Shown piece after piece: positions 52,846 to 64,000 of a stretch of 64,000 nt of DNA (positions within the stretch are counted from its first letter, which is position 1; each line of letters starts with the position of its first letter). The stretch comes from Octopus vulgaris (Eukaryota), in the NCBI GenBank assembly GCA_951406725.2, contig OX597824.1:9672001-9736000 (forward strand), given 5' to 3'. Position numbers and translations under genes: made by a program. The notes below the pieces were generated by a model. That model searched no databases and was not told where the DNA came from. It saw only the letters and a program-made list of their open reading frames with translations.

Positions 52846-53497
52846 AGAACAGAAACTATGACTTTTTGAAGCGTTTCAGTACAGTTTCCTTCTCCAAGAT
52901 TCCATTCACAAAGATTTGAGCGACTTGATTCTGTACTTGAAGATATTTTTCGCAACAACCGCGTGGTGATATCGAAGCTCAAACAAGCTCCAGATCAGCA
53001 CAGACATACATGTACCACATGCTGAACACCGACAGCTACCATAACACAAGCCAAAAAATCGTTTTATATTTTATGAATTTCATGACAGGAACATCTTGTA
53101 CAATTCAGCCTGGTAATATAGAACTCTGAATATCTAATTATTTATACATATTATCATTAAATATTCTAAAACCGATCAATCTTCTTTCGTCTTTAGCAGC
53201 CATCTTTCTTAATGGCTACACGGTTTTGTTGTTGTTGCTTTTGTTTTTTTTTTTCTTTGTGTGCATTATTTAAACCAAAAAAGGAGGCGTGCTTGTAGAA
53301 TTGTTAGAGCGTCGCAAAATTGTTTTGCAGAATTTTTCTCGGCTTTTAACTTTCTCTGTTCAGTTCCTTCGAATGATTTGACCCTAAACCTAACCAAAAA
53401 TTTGGGGTCGCTAATATTGACTAACACATTGTTCTCCAAGTTTTTACCCTTGTACTTAAAATCAAAAAATATATTTGAACCAGAAATTAACAGAACT

Positions 53498-53663
53498 AGG
53501 AGTGGCTGTGTGGTAAGTGGCTTGCTTACCAGCCAGATGGCTCCGAGTTCAGTCCCACTGCGTGGCACCTTGGGCAAGTGTCTTCTGCTATAGCCTCTAG
53601 CCGACCAAAGCCTTGTGAGTAGATTTGGTAGACGGAAACTGAAAGAAGTCCCTTGAATATATG

Positions 53664-53724
<61 letters not shown>

Positions 53725-53948
53725 AAGTGTGTGTATATATTTGTGTGTCTGTGTTTGTCCTCCTAGCATTGCTTGACAAACGATGCTGGTGTGTTTACAA
53801 CAGATACTTGTGCAGTTTGGCAAAAGAGACCGATAGAATAAGTACTAGCCTTACAAAGAATAAGTCCTGGAGTCGATTTGCTCGACTAAAGGCGTTGCTC
53901 CAGCATGCCCTCAGTCAAATGACTGAAACAAGTAAAAGATTAAAAGAG
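53498..53948 (+). mobile_element. SINE family B, full length with internal (TA)/(TG)
   Basis: Head, core ccttgggcaagtgtcttct, internal microsatellite and CR1-like tail ggcgttgctccagcatg..gactgaaacaagtaaaaga. Confidence 0.9.
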
Positions 53949-54706
53949 AACTAATTTTAAAATAATTTGATACCTGTAATTTGCCTTTAACTCGTTTAAT
54001 TTCCTCCCTGAGTGGACTAACTTTCCCACCCTCCACATTTTTTAGAAGCGCATCACACATATACTAACAACACAGTACTGTATAAAAGATTTGCCAAAAT
54101 TTTACTCGACTTCCGGCAACTAAACTTCTGACAAAATGCACGACTTTGTAGAAATGGCAACCAAATCTTCCGCAATCCGCATCGAAACGTCTGTAGAAAG
54201 TACACGAAACATTGCATAATGTAAGCCCTTTTTTATTTCGAAAACAAGAATGGTGGTGTTGTCACTGGAACGAATTTGATGACAGGTCTGCATAACCTGT
54301 ATAATCTGGACTCTAAACTAGAGAAACATCAATAATCCACGAAACTAAACAACAATGGAGGGAGTTTCTATTATTGCCCGACCTGGTGTAACTAATACTG
54401 AATTCTCCCTCACTTTTACAACCAGCCATCGTTAAACAAAAAAAGGATGGCCATATCAGAGAAAGTAGCCCCTAGATATACAATCCCTAAAGGGAATGGC
54501 AGGATGATCACATTATATACATCTTTTTGTTTCTGTTCGATCAGGTAACAATAATCACGTTAGCGACAGCAGAACTGATTGTTTCCAAATGCAGCAAATT
54601 TGTTAGACGGAAAATGTGTGAAATCCCTATGTAAGTGTGTGTGTGTGTACATAAACAGAGGAAAAAGAAGAAAATGAACGCGAGGACGTGCACATGAAAT
54701 ATATTA

Positions 54707-54768
54707 GTTTGACGCTCGGTGAATGGAAGGAGTTGTTAACGTTTCGAGCATAGCTCTTCATCGGAAAC
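54707..54768 (-). ncRNA. Type I hammerhead ribozyme-like motif with variant core, Penelope-associated type
   Basis: Minus strand: GUUU-CCGAUGA-A-GAGC(UAU)GCUC-GAA-ACGUU-[21 nt]-AGCGU-C-AAAC. Stems I, II and III all pair; GUC cleavage triplet. Confidence 0.55.
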
Positions 54769-54838
54769 AGGAAAGTCCAAAGAGAAAGAAGGAAAACTAA
54801 GGAAAAAACGCCAACATTGCACGTGCGGTTACATACCC

Positions 54839-55237
54839 AAGCGAACAGCTATACCCAACTTTGTTTGATTTTATTAATATCGAAAATAAGCAGAATTACA
54901 TGAATTCCCTATATTTAGGATAAATTACTTTAAAAATATGCTGACAATCATTCATTTTCATTTTGCCCGGGGAAATTAATTAACTCGGATTTTTTTACTT
55001 CACAGTCAGAAGATAGTTCAAGTTGAGCTTCATAAAAATACACACATAAAAAAAAATAAAATAAAATAGAACCTAAAATATAATTTTATTCTCAAGTTTA
55101 AAAAGACAATCCAAAATATCATGCTAATTTATATAATTATTGAAGATTAATTACTTTTTTCTCTCAGTAACTTTAGACAGAATGTGTGTGAAACCCCTAA
55201 ATATATAGATAAGATATCTAGATAGACAGATAGATAA

Positions 55238-55293
<56 letters not shown>

Positions 55294-56533
55294 ATTTAAT
55301 TAGAGGTTGTGTTAACCTCAGTAAGGGATGGTTTCATCCAAGGAAATGCTGGTTCAATACCTAATATCTGGGGGGAAATGAATTTCCTTAAAATAACAGG
55401 TATATATGAATATATATAGTTTATATTCGTTTAAAAGAAGAAGAAATTGGAGATTGGAAAGTTAATAACTATATTATTATTTGCAGCATAAAGCGGCGAG
55501 CTGACAGAAACGTTAGCACGCCGGGCGAAATGCGTAGCCGTATTTCGTCTGCCGTTACGTTCTGAGTTCAAATTCCGCCGAGGTCGACTTTGCCTTTCAT
55601 CCTTTCGGGGTCGATTAAATTAAGTACCAGTTACGGCCTGGGGTCGATATAATCGACTTAATCCGTTTTTCTGTCCTTGTTTGTCCTCTCTGTGTTTAGC
55701 CCCTTGTGGGCAGTAAAGAAATAGGTATTTCGTCTGCCGTTACGTTCTGAGTTCAAATTCCGCCGAGGTCGACTTTGCCTTTCATCCTTTCGGGGTCAAT
55801 AAAATAAGTACCAGTTACGGCTTGGGGTTGATATAATCGACTTAATCCGTGTGTGTCCTTGTTTGTCCTCTCTGTGTTTAGCCCCTTGTGGGCAGTAAAG
55901 AAATAGGTATTTCTTCTGCCGTTACGCTCTGAGTTCAAATTCCGCCGAGGTCGACTTTGCCTTTCATCCTTTCGTGGTCGATAAATTAAGTACCAGTTAC
56001 GCACTGGGGTCGATATAATCGGCTTAATACGTTTGTCTGTACTTGTTTGTCCTCTCTGTGTTTAGCCCCTTGTGGGCAGTAAAGAAATAGAACACTGTAA
56101 GAAACTACATAAAAAAAAACAAATGAGGGAGCATCTATACAATTTCTCGACCTTACTACGTCAAATATTACAGCACATTAAAAAAAAAGATATCCTTATA
56201 CAGAAGCGAACAGGCATACCCAACTTTGATTTTATTAATATCGAAAATAAGCATAATTACATTAATTCACTATATTTAGGACAAATTACTTTAAAAATAT
56301 GCTGACAGTCTTTAATTTTCATTTTGCCCGGGGAAATTAATTAACTCGGATTTTTTTTACCTCCCAGTTAGAAGATGGTTCAAGTTGAGCTTCATAAAAA
56401 TACACACATAAAAAAATAAACTAAAACAGAACCTAAAATATAATTTTATTCTCAAGTTTAAAAAAACAATTCAACATAACATGCTAATTTATATAATTAC
56501 TGTAAATTAATTATTTTTTCTCTCAGTAACTTT
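54839..56533. repeat. ~330-bp direct duplication (54839-55173 and 56204-56533)
   Basis: Both copies run from agcgaacag..atacccaacttt to ttttctctcagtaacttt with scattered substitutions. Confidence 0.85.
55492..56090 (+). mobile_element. SINE family A trimer
   Basis: One head plus three bodies, joined at aagaaatag/gtatttc (~55724 and ~55906). Confidence 0.92.
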
Positions 56534-56869
56534 TGCAGTGGCTATTGCGGACATTGACTGATAAAGAATATTCTTTTTATTTATCTATTTATTTATTTAT
56601 TTATTTGCTCTGGAGCTAAAAATAACAGATCACACAAAATATCACATGGGTTAAGGCCTTATGACATGTTCAGTGGTGCTTTTTCGTGACCTTACTCGAC
56701 GTTGTTTTCCATCTCCCAGGGAGATACAATAATGGGCTCCTCCTTTCCAAGTGGTAGCACTTGTGCAAAATTTCAGCTACGAAGATGCATTCATACAATT
56801 TCATATACTAAGAAGTTTAAATGGTAACAAATTGAATGTTCTTTTCTATTATGGGTCTCATAATAGAAG

Positions 56870-57500
56870 GTAGAGGTGGTCTCCATTTTTCCATACATGA
56901 TCAGTTATACCCGATTTATCAATATCTCCCTGTGTCACAGCTTTGCGGTGTTCCTCTACCCTTATTTTGAGGGGGTGGCATGTTTCACCTTAGTATAACC
57001 TACCACAGCTCCATGGACTGGTGTACGCGCAGTTCTTAGTCATATTCTTTTCTATTGGTGGTTTTACTCGAAGGAGATATTTGCGAAGTGTTGTATTACT
57101 CTTGAATACTGTCCTGATGTCCTATGGGCCGCGTATATTTTGTATCTTTTCGGAGAGGCCTTTCACATAGGGTAGACAGACTGTGGACATTTTATTGGTT
57201 TCATCCTCTCTTTTCTTCATAATTAGAGTAGATAGTATGTTTTGGGGGTAGTTGTTGCTTAATAGATTGTTATTGAACGTGACCATTTCTTCGTGGTGTG
57301 TATTACGATCGCTACTTATATTCACTACTCGATGTTTTAGACACTGAGCAATCCCTCTCTTTACACTGTATGGATGGTGGGAGTTGAAGTTGGGGTATCG
57401 TCCAGTGAAGGTCGGCTTGCGGTACACGGACGTCCTGAATCCATACTTGGTGCGTGTTATTAATACGTCCAAGAATGCTAGCTGATTGTCTTTTTCTTTG
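56870..57500 (-). mobile_element. Penelope-like element RT C-terminus plus GIY-YIG remnant
   Basis: EKDNQLAFLDVLI..TSVYRKPTFTGRYPNFNSHHP..NNYP..VCLPYVKGLSEKI, continuing past a stop to CGRLY*GETCHPLKIRVEEHRK. Confidence 0.9.
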
Positions 57501-57839
57501 ACCTGGAATCGAACCTGGCTTTCTTACTCCGGTACTGGTGTCAGCAGACAGACAATTCTATTGTTTCAGTAGAAATGTTTTAAACAACACGAAACTCTGA
57601 TAGCAAATAGTTGAGCGTGCTTCGCCGCACCATAGTATAGACAGAACACAGGACGATGTGACAGAGAAATGAAGTTTTAAATTACTCAGATAAGGTTTCT
57701 TTGATATATTTCTACGTGTATATTGGCAGAGATGGCGATAAATGGAGAGAAGAGAGAGAGGAATGAAAGAATTACAGCTAAAGGTGTTGAAAGAGATCCG
57801 TTTCGTTGGCAGTTTTAACTTGAGAAGAGAATAATTGAG

Positions 57840-58275
<436 letters not shown>

Positions 58276-59690
58276 GCATGTTGTGCTTGCGGATATATTT
58301 ATATTACGATAGTCACACGGGCATTGACCGGTCTGTATAATGTTTTCGGTTAAGTCTATATTGCTGACTTCAATATTCTTTAACCTCTACTACATTATCT
58401 CGAAAATTATTTCGGGAATATCATTTTTATTAGAAAATGCCACCTACACATCGTAAATTAAGAAATGGAAATGTAGTATATAAGACATTTCTAGCTAGAA
58501 GTCTATATTTTCCCCAAGAACAACAAGGTAAGTCATGTCAGAATCGATATTATTTAATGTCAGACGATTGTTTCCCGGAATTATTAAGTATCTGTTTTGT
58601 AGGAAATACTTTAGAATATCGATCAGATCCGTATTTTTAGGTATCTTTCAATATCGTTACACTCGTCACTTCAGTTCTTTTATCAAAGATTCTGACAGAC
58701 GTGGCGGAATCAGAATGCGATCTCTCAGATGTAAATTGCTGAATTGTTATTCAAAGTTTAATTAGATGTCCTCCGACACAGCGATCTGTCAGAGGCAATA
58801 TGGAAATAGGCTTCACCATTCATCGTATTCTCCGTCATCAAAATATCACCAGTAAAGTGTTCTTCACACAGTGTCTATAACAAACTTATAGGTGGAATTT
58901 TATTCATCTTTAACACTTGCCCAACTAAAAAGCTGAAATACCATTCTCATTTTAGAATGTTTCCATTTACAATCGTTGTGCATACGTGCAGCTAAGTGTA
59001 CAGTACTATAGAATTTTTCTGGGTCCAGTTTTCACACTCAAGCTTACATCCTTCGAAAGATATATATATATATGAGGTGTGCATACCAAATTCTCACTAC
59101 AGAAAATCAAAAAAACACTAGATAGTGTAAATAAAAATTACATTCACTCCAACCCACCAATAATTAACTTATCAGCCGATATCAGTTGATGAACTTATAG
59201 TCTATCCTCTAATTGAGATATCTTCGATATAATCGCACTCTGATATAGCAAATTGGTACCGAGGAGTGGCCTGAGTAAGAAGAAGCTGAAGACAGAAAGA
59301 GAATTGCTAGTTTCCCCTTCCTTTCAAAGTACATTCTTTATGAATCTTATCATGAACTTTTTATCTCTAAGTAACGTTTCTCAAACAAGCTTTAATTTGC
59401 GTAATATTCAACTGAGCTACACTCGCCAAGACAACATTGCTTCAAACAACGCGCTCTCCGTCAGAAAAAAAACATTCATCTACGCACACCCACGCCAAAT
59501 ACAAAGCTGTAACTGCTAAAATTAAAGCACCTGTCCAATGAAGGGCTTCTCACTTTCCTAGACGGTAGTGCACAAGGTGACTCACCCCAACCCCTGGTAT
59601 CCTAGGAACGGGCAACCTCCACTTCCTTGCCCCGTTTAATGTGGAGGCTTCGGAAGCGAGAAATATTTCATCCAGTATAATCAGAATTAT

Positions 59691-59907
59691 GGAGGCGCGT
59701 GGCTTAGTGGTTAGGGTGTCAGCATCATGATCGTAAGTTTTTGGTTTCGATTCCTGGACCGACGCGTTATGTTCTTGAACAAAACACTTCATTTCACGTT
59801 GCTCCAGTCCACTCAGCTGGCAAAAAATGAGTAACGCTGGGAAACACATACGCCATAGAAATCGGGAAACCGGGCCCATGAGCCTGGATAGGCTTTAAAA
59901 GGGCGCA
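59691..59907 (+). mobile_element. tRNA-headed SINE with a different body and tail type 2
   Basis: ggaggcgcgtggcttagtggttaggg..ggtttcgattcc; body aaaacacttcatttcacgttgctccagtccactcagctgg; tail gaaatcgggaaaccgggcccatgagcctgg. Confidence 0.8.
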
Positions 59908-60689
59908 GAAGAAAAATAACCAGAAATATTCTCAACACGGCACAAACGAATTCATCTTGCACTCGCAATTTCGTCTTTGTTTCAGCCAGAAACTGCTCTT
60001 ATTGCAACAACCAGTTATATTCCATCACATGGATTCTCACTTGTCATATTGCTGTCACTAACGGAGCAGCCAGCTAATTATAAGACATTAGCTATTAATA
60101 TTTTTCCAGAAATTTTACTGCGGAATTCCGAACGTTGACTTGTGACGGAACCAGACTTTAACCGAACTCCTATTTCGTTGCACACCCAGTACCGCACTTA
60201 TGGTGATTAGAAGATGTTCATTACATCCCTAGCTCACTCCCCTGTCTTCCTAGCAGACTGTCATGATATTGTTGCTAACACAATGATTCTAGAGGAATAG
60301 ATTCAGACAAAACGTATACAATTTTTTCATTATATTTTGGCATGTTATTGGTCAGTAGTTGTAACCTCGTAACTTTGTTTATTTTCCTTTGTTTTATGTG
60401 TGTATGTGTGTGTGTGTATGTGTGTGTGGTACCTGATTTATTTCTGCCAAAGACAGTCGGCTTCGTATAGCCACACCCCAATGGTAAAAAGTAAATTCGT
60501 AAATCCAACAGAAGGTCGATTCTTTCTATCAGAAATCAATAATCAAGTCTGTTGTATTGCTCTCCTCTCCTGAAGTAGTTTTCACTGTCTCAAGATTACA
60601 ACTATTGTTATTGTATGTATTTCGCGAAATGCAGCAACACTATTTCTTGTGGATTTGTTCCAGCCATACTACATCCTGGTGTTGAAAAA

Positions 60690-61101
60690 TTGGGTTGTCC
60701 GGAAAGTTCGTGCCGATTTTTAAAGGAAAGCACAAAAGTCAATAACTTGAAATTTTTACCCTTAAGACTATTCTGCAGAGACCTGAATAAGTGGAAGTCC
60801 GAAGGAGCAATATGTGGTGAATATGGAGGGTGGGGGTAACACATCCCAGCCAAGCTGCAGCAATTTTTGTCTGGTTCCCAAAGCATCATGTGCCGAAAAT
60901 GAACTTTCTTATCTTCCATTTTAAAGGGTTACAGAATTAACACAGGTTATAGGAACATAAACCTTCTTCCACGAAAAGATAGCTTAAACTGTGCTCTAAA
61001 TGGAGGTGTAGTCAAATCCTATTTTATGGACTCAACCATGTTCTAAAATAAGTCGAAAGGTAAGCTATTATAAATCGGCACGAACTTTCCGGACAACCCA
61101 A
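60690..61101 (-). mobile_element. Internally deleted mariner element (MITE) with ~30-bp perfect TIRs
   Basis: TIR ttgggttgtccggaaagttcgtgccgattt / aaatcggcacgaactttccggacaacccaa followed by TA. Internal MEDKKVHFRHMMLWE fused to HPPYSPHIAPSDFHLFRSLQNSL. Confidence 0.92.
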
Positions 61102-61687
61102 TACTTTATCTCACTTCAGATATCTTCTTCATAATGAATGCGTACTTTCCTAAGAGGATGACTGCGATTTCTCACTGTCCCATATTTCTGTAAACAAATG
61201 ATCAGCTTCAACAGAGTTTCATGCTTCTCTTTACTGTTTTTTTTTTTTGTTCCTTTGTTGTTGTTGTTTTTTTTTTTTGCCTTCAAGCTACTCTTATCTG
61301 ATAACAGAGTTTCTCACTGACAGCCGTGATTCCCTGTTTGTAAGCGATCAATCTAAACTCAAATATATTTTTTTTTTTTACTATCTCCATGTATTGTCAC
61401 TTTACTTTTTATATTTCGTTAAGGAAAAGCGCAGATATTTGTTTGTTTTCATGTGATAAGCATCATCACGTAACAGGCGTTCTTCGGCAGATCTCCCATC
61501 TTTTCTTTTTCTCTCTTTTACTCTTTTTCCAAATACATGATGATATTTGTTTACTGTTTTCGTTTTTACTTGCTTCCTCCGTATCCACAAGGTTCCGATA
61601 AGAAACTGTTGAGTGGACTTATAAAACGAGTCGTAGTTTGCAAAAATAAGACAAAATAAATAAATCAAACTAACTTGTAAGTATTAC

Positions 61688-62285
61688 CTATTTCTTTGCT
61701 ACCCACAAGGGGCTAAACACAGAGGGGACAAACAAGGACAGACAAACGGATTAAGTCGATTATATCGACCCCAGTGCGTAACTGGTACTTAATTTATCGA
61801 CCCAGAAAATATGAAAGGCAAAGTCGACCTCGGCGGAATTTGAATTCAGAACGTAGCAGGAGACGAAATACCTATTTCTTTAATACCCACAAGAGGCTAA
61901 ACGCAGAGAGGACAAACAAGGACAGACGAACGGATTAAGTCGATTATATCGACCCCAGTGCGTAACTGGTACTTAATTTATCGACCCAGAAAATATGAAA
62001 GGCAAAGTCGACCTCGGAGGAATTTGAATTCAGAACGTAGCGGCAGACGAAATACCTATTTCTTTATTACCCACAAGGGGCTACACACAGAGGGGACAAA
62101 CAAGGACAGACAAACGGATTAAGTCGATTACATCGACCCCAGTGCATAACTGGTACTTATTTAATCGACCCCGAAAGGATGAAAGGCAAAGTCGACCTCG
62201 GCGGAATTTGAACTCAGAACGTAACGGCAGACGAAATACCGCTAAGCATTTCGCCCGGCGTGCTAACATTTCTGCCAGCTCGCCG
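61688..62285 (-). mobile_element. SINE family A trimer
   Basis: Three bodies plus one head; junctions gacgaaatac/ctatttctt at ~61871 and ~62055. Confidence 0.92.
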
Positions 62286-62797
62286 TATGTATTACCGCCT
62301 CCGATGTCATTAATCACTCGGTACATCAACTGAATGCATTCTTACCAAATATGGCCAGTCTTCTAGTGGAGTTTGCAAATCTTCTTGAAATATTTTAATC
62401 AAAATTCAATTCATTTGTTTATATTCTTCATTCTTCCATTTCCTAATACTATTATTGTTGTTGTTGTTTCTGCCTCAATCAGCGACACCTTAACGTAAGC
62501 AGTCGGCTCTACTACAGGGTAACGTTGTAGCCGTAAGAACCTGCTCTGTTGTCACACGCAGCATTAGCCTTGTTATTGTACCTTTATTCCAGAAGTATCT
62601 TTGCGTACAAATATTTGTGCACCGTTTCACACTTCCAAGATTATAATTACAATGAAGCACCCCCGCCTGTGCTCAGTGAATGCTGCTTATTAACGTAACT
62701 GATTTGTTGCGAAATAATTTAGCTAGCTCTAAGGGAAGTTCATTTCCTTCTATTCATGAAACTAAATCAAAAAGGAACATTTTCGGGTTTTTCTGAA

Positions 62798-62947
62798 TAA
62801 GAGTGGGTGCTGAAAAGTTCCTGACTTTTGGTAAAATAAAATACTGAACGATCAGTTAATTATGATATTGTTCGACATACTACCCTCTCAGATTCACACA
62901 CTTATTGTAGCGGTCCTTCAGTTTTTCTAAGCCCTGTAAAAGAACTG
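62798..62947. mobile_element. Mariner-type terminal fragment
   Basis: gagtgggtgctgaaaagttcctg resembles mariner TIRs (tacgagggt..ctgaaaagtt); partner TIR not clear. Confidence 0.45.
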
Positions 62948-63014
62948 GTTTTTTTTTTTTTTGAGGGGTGGGTGTGGAGGGGCTCCAACCAGACCTTTCG
63001 CAATACAATTTAAG

Positions 63015-63420
63015 CCAGAAACGTTAGCTCGCCGGGCGAAATTCGGAGCCGTATTTCGTCTGCCGCTACGTTCTGAGTTCAAATTCCGCCGAGGTCGACT
63101 TTGCCTTTCATCCTTTCAGGGTCGATGAAAAAAAAATTACCAGTTACGCACTGGGGTCGATATAATCGACTTAATCCGTTTGTCTGTCCTTGTTTGTCCT
63201 CTCTGTGTTTAGCCCCTTGTGGGTAGTAAAGAAATAGAAATAGGTATTTCGTCTGCCGCTACGTTCTGAGTTCAAATTCCGCCTAGGTCGACTTTGCCTT
63301 TCATACTTTCGGGGTCGATTAAATAAGTCCCAGTTGCACTCTGGGGTCGATGTAATCGACTTAATCCATATGTCTGTTCTTGTTTGTCCCCTCTATGTTT
63401 AGCCCCCTGTGGGCAATAGA
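63015..63420 (+). mobile_element. SINE family A dimer
   Basis: Junction gaaatag/gtatttc at ~63243. Confidence 0.9.
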
Positions 63421-63594
63421 GCAATATATATATATATTTGTGTGGGGTGGGGTGTATGTGTAGACGATGATGCAAATAAACAAATAAAGCTGCTTGGATT
63501 AGATATACGAAATAGACATAACTGTATATATGTGAACAGAGAGAATGCAAAGACTGAAGGTTTTCAGACGATGAGTGTTTAAGTATATACATAT

Positions 63595-64000
63595 ACTCTT
63601 TACTCTTTTACTTGTTTTATTCACTTGATTGCGGCCATGCTGGAGCACCGCCTTTAGTCGAGCAAATCGTCCCCAGAACTTATTCTTTGTAAGCCTAGTA
63701 CTTATTCTTTCGGTCTCTTTTGCCGAACCGCTAAGTGACGGGGACGTAAACACACCAGCATCAGATGTCAATTGATGTTGGGGGGACAAACACAGACACA
63801 CAAACATACACACATACACACACATATATATATACATACATATGCATATATACGACGGGCTTCTTTCAGTTTCCATCTACCAAATCCACTCACAAGGCTT
63901 TGGTCAGCCCGAGGCTATAGTAGAAGACACTTGCCCAAGATGCCACGCAGTGGGACTGAACCCGGAACCATGTGGTTGGTTAGCAAGCTACTTACAACAC
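63595..64000 (-). mobile_element. SINE family B, near full length
   Basis: Reverse complement of the 53498-53948 structure; tail (gagtaaaa)n. Confidence 0.9.

Noticed and set aside
55492-56090. Regularly spaced repeats as a CRISPR array or hammerhead retrozyme
   Set aside because: Units are contiguous ~183-bp SINE bodies without unique spacers, and I found no CUGANGA/GAAA hammerhead core on either strand.

Overview
AT-rich, very repeat-dense eukaryotic genomic DNA. The SINE families and microsatellite load look like a coleoid cephalopod, probably Octopus (inferred from recalled repeat families, not from a search). I find no intact protein-coding gene; nearly all listed ORFs are artefacts of microsatellites, SINEs or decayed transposons. 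The window holds three tRNA-headed SINE groups (called A, B and C here, about 35 copies) and fragments of Tx1/L1-clade, CR1, RTE, Dong/R4 and Penelope-like retroelements. It also holds mariner remnants and MITEs, two non-autonomous Helitrons and long microsatellites. The main signals are retroelement biology. (i) The SINE-A 3' tail matches the 3' end of a microsatellite-embedded Tx1-type LINE, and the SINE-B tail matches a CR1 3' end; both partner LINE ends are in this window. (ii) SINE-A forms head-to-tail arrays with a near-invariant junction, suggesting self-targeted insertion. (iii) There is a complete hammerhead-ribozyme fold with a variant core at 54707-54768 (-). (iv) A foldback structure has captured a copy of the neighbouring LINE. 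(v) There is a probable bipartite RTE-derived element, plus several hairpins and a pseudoknot. One weak orphan exon candidate lies at 10104-10239.
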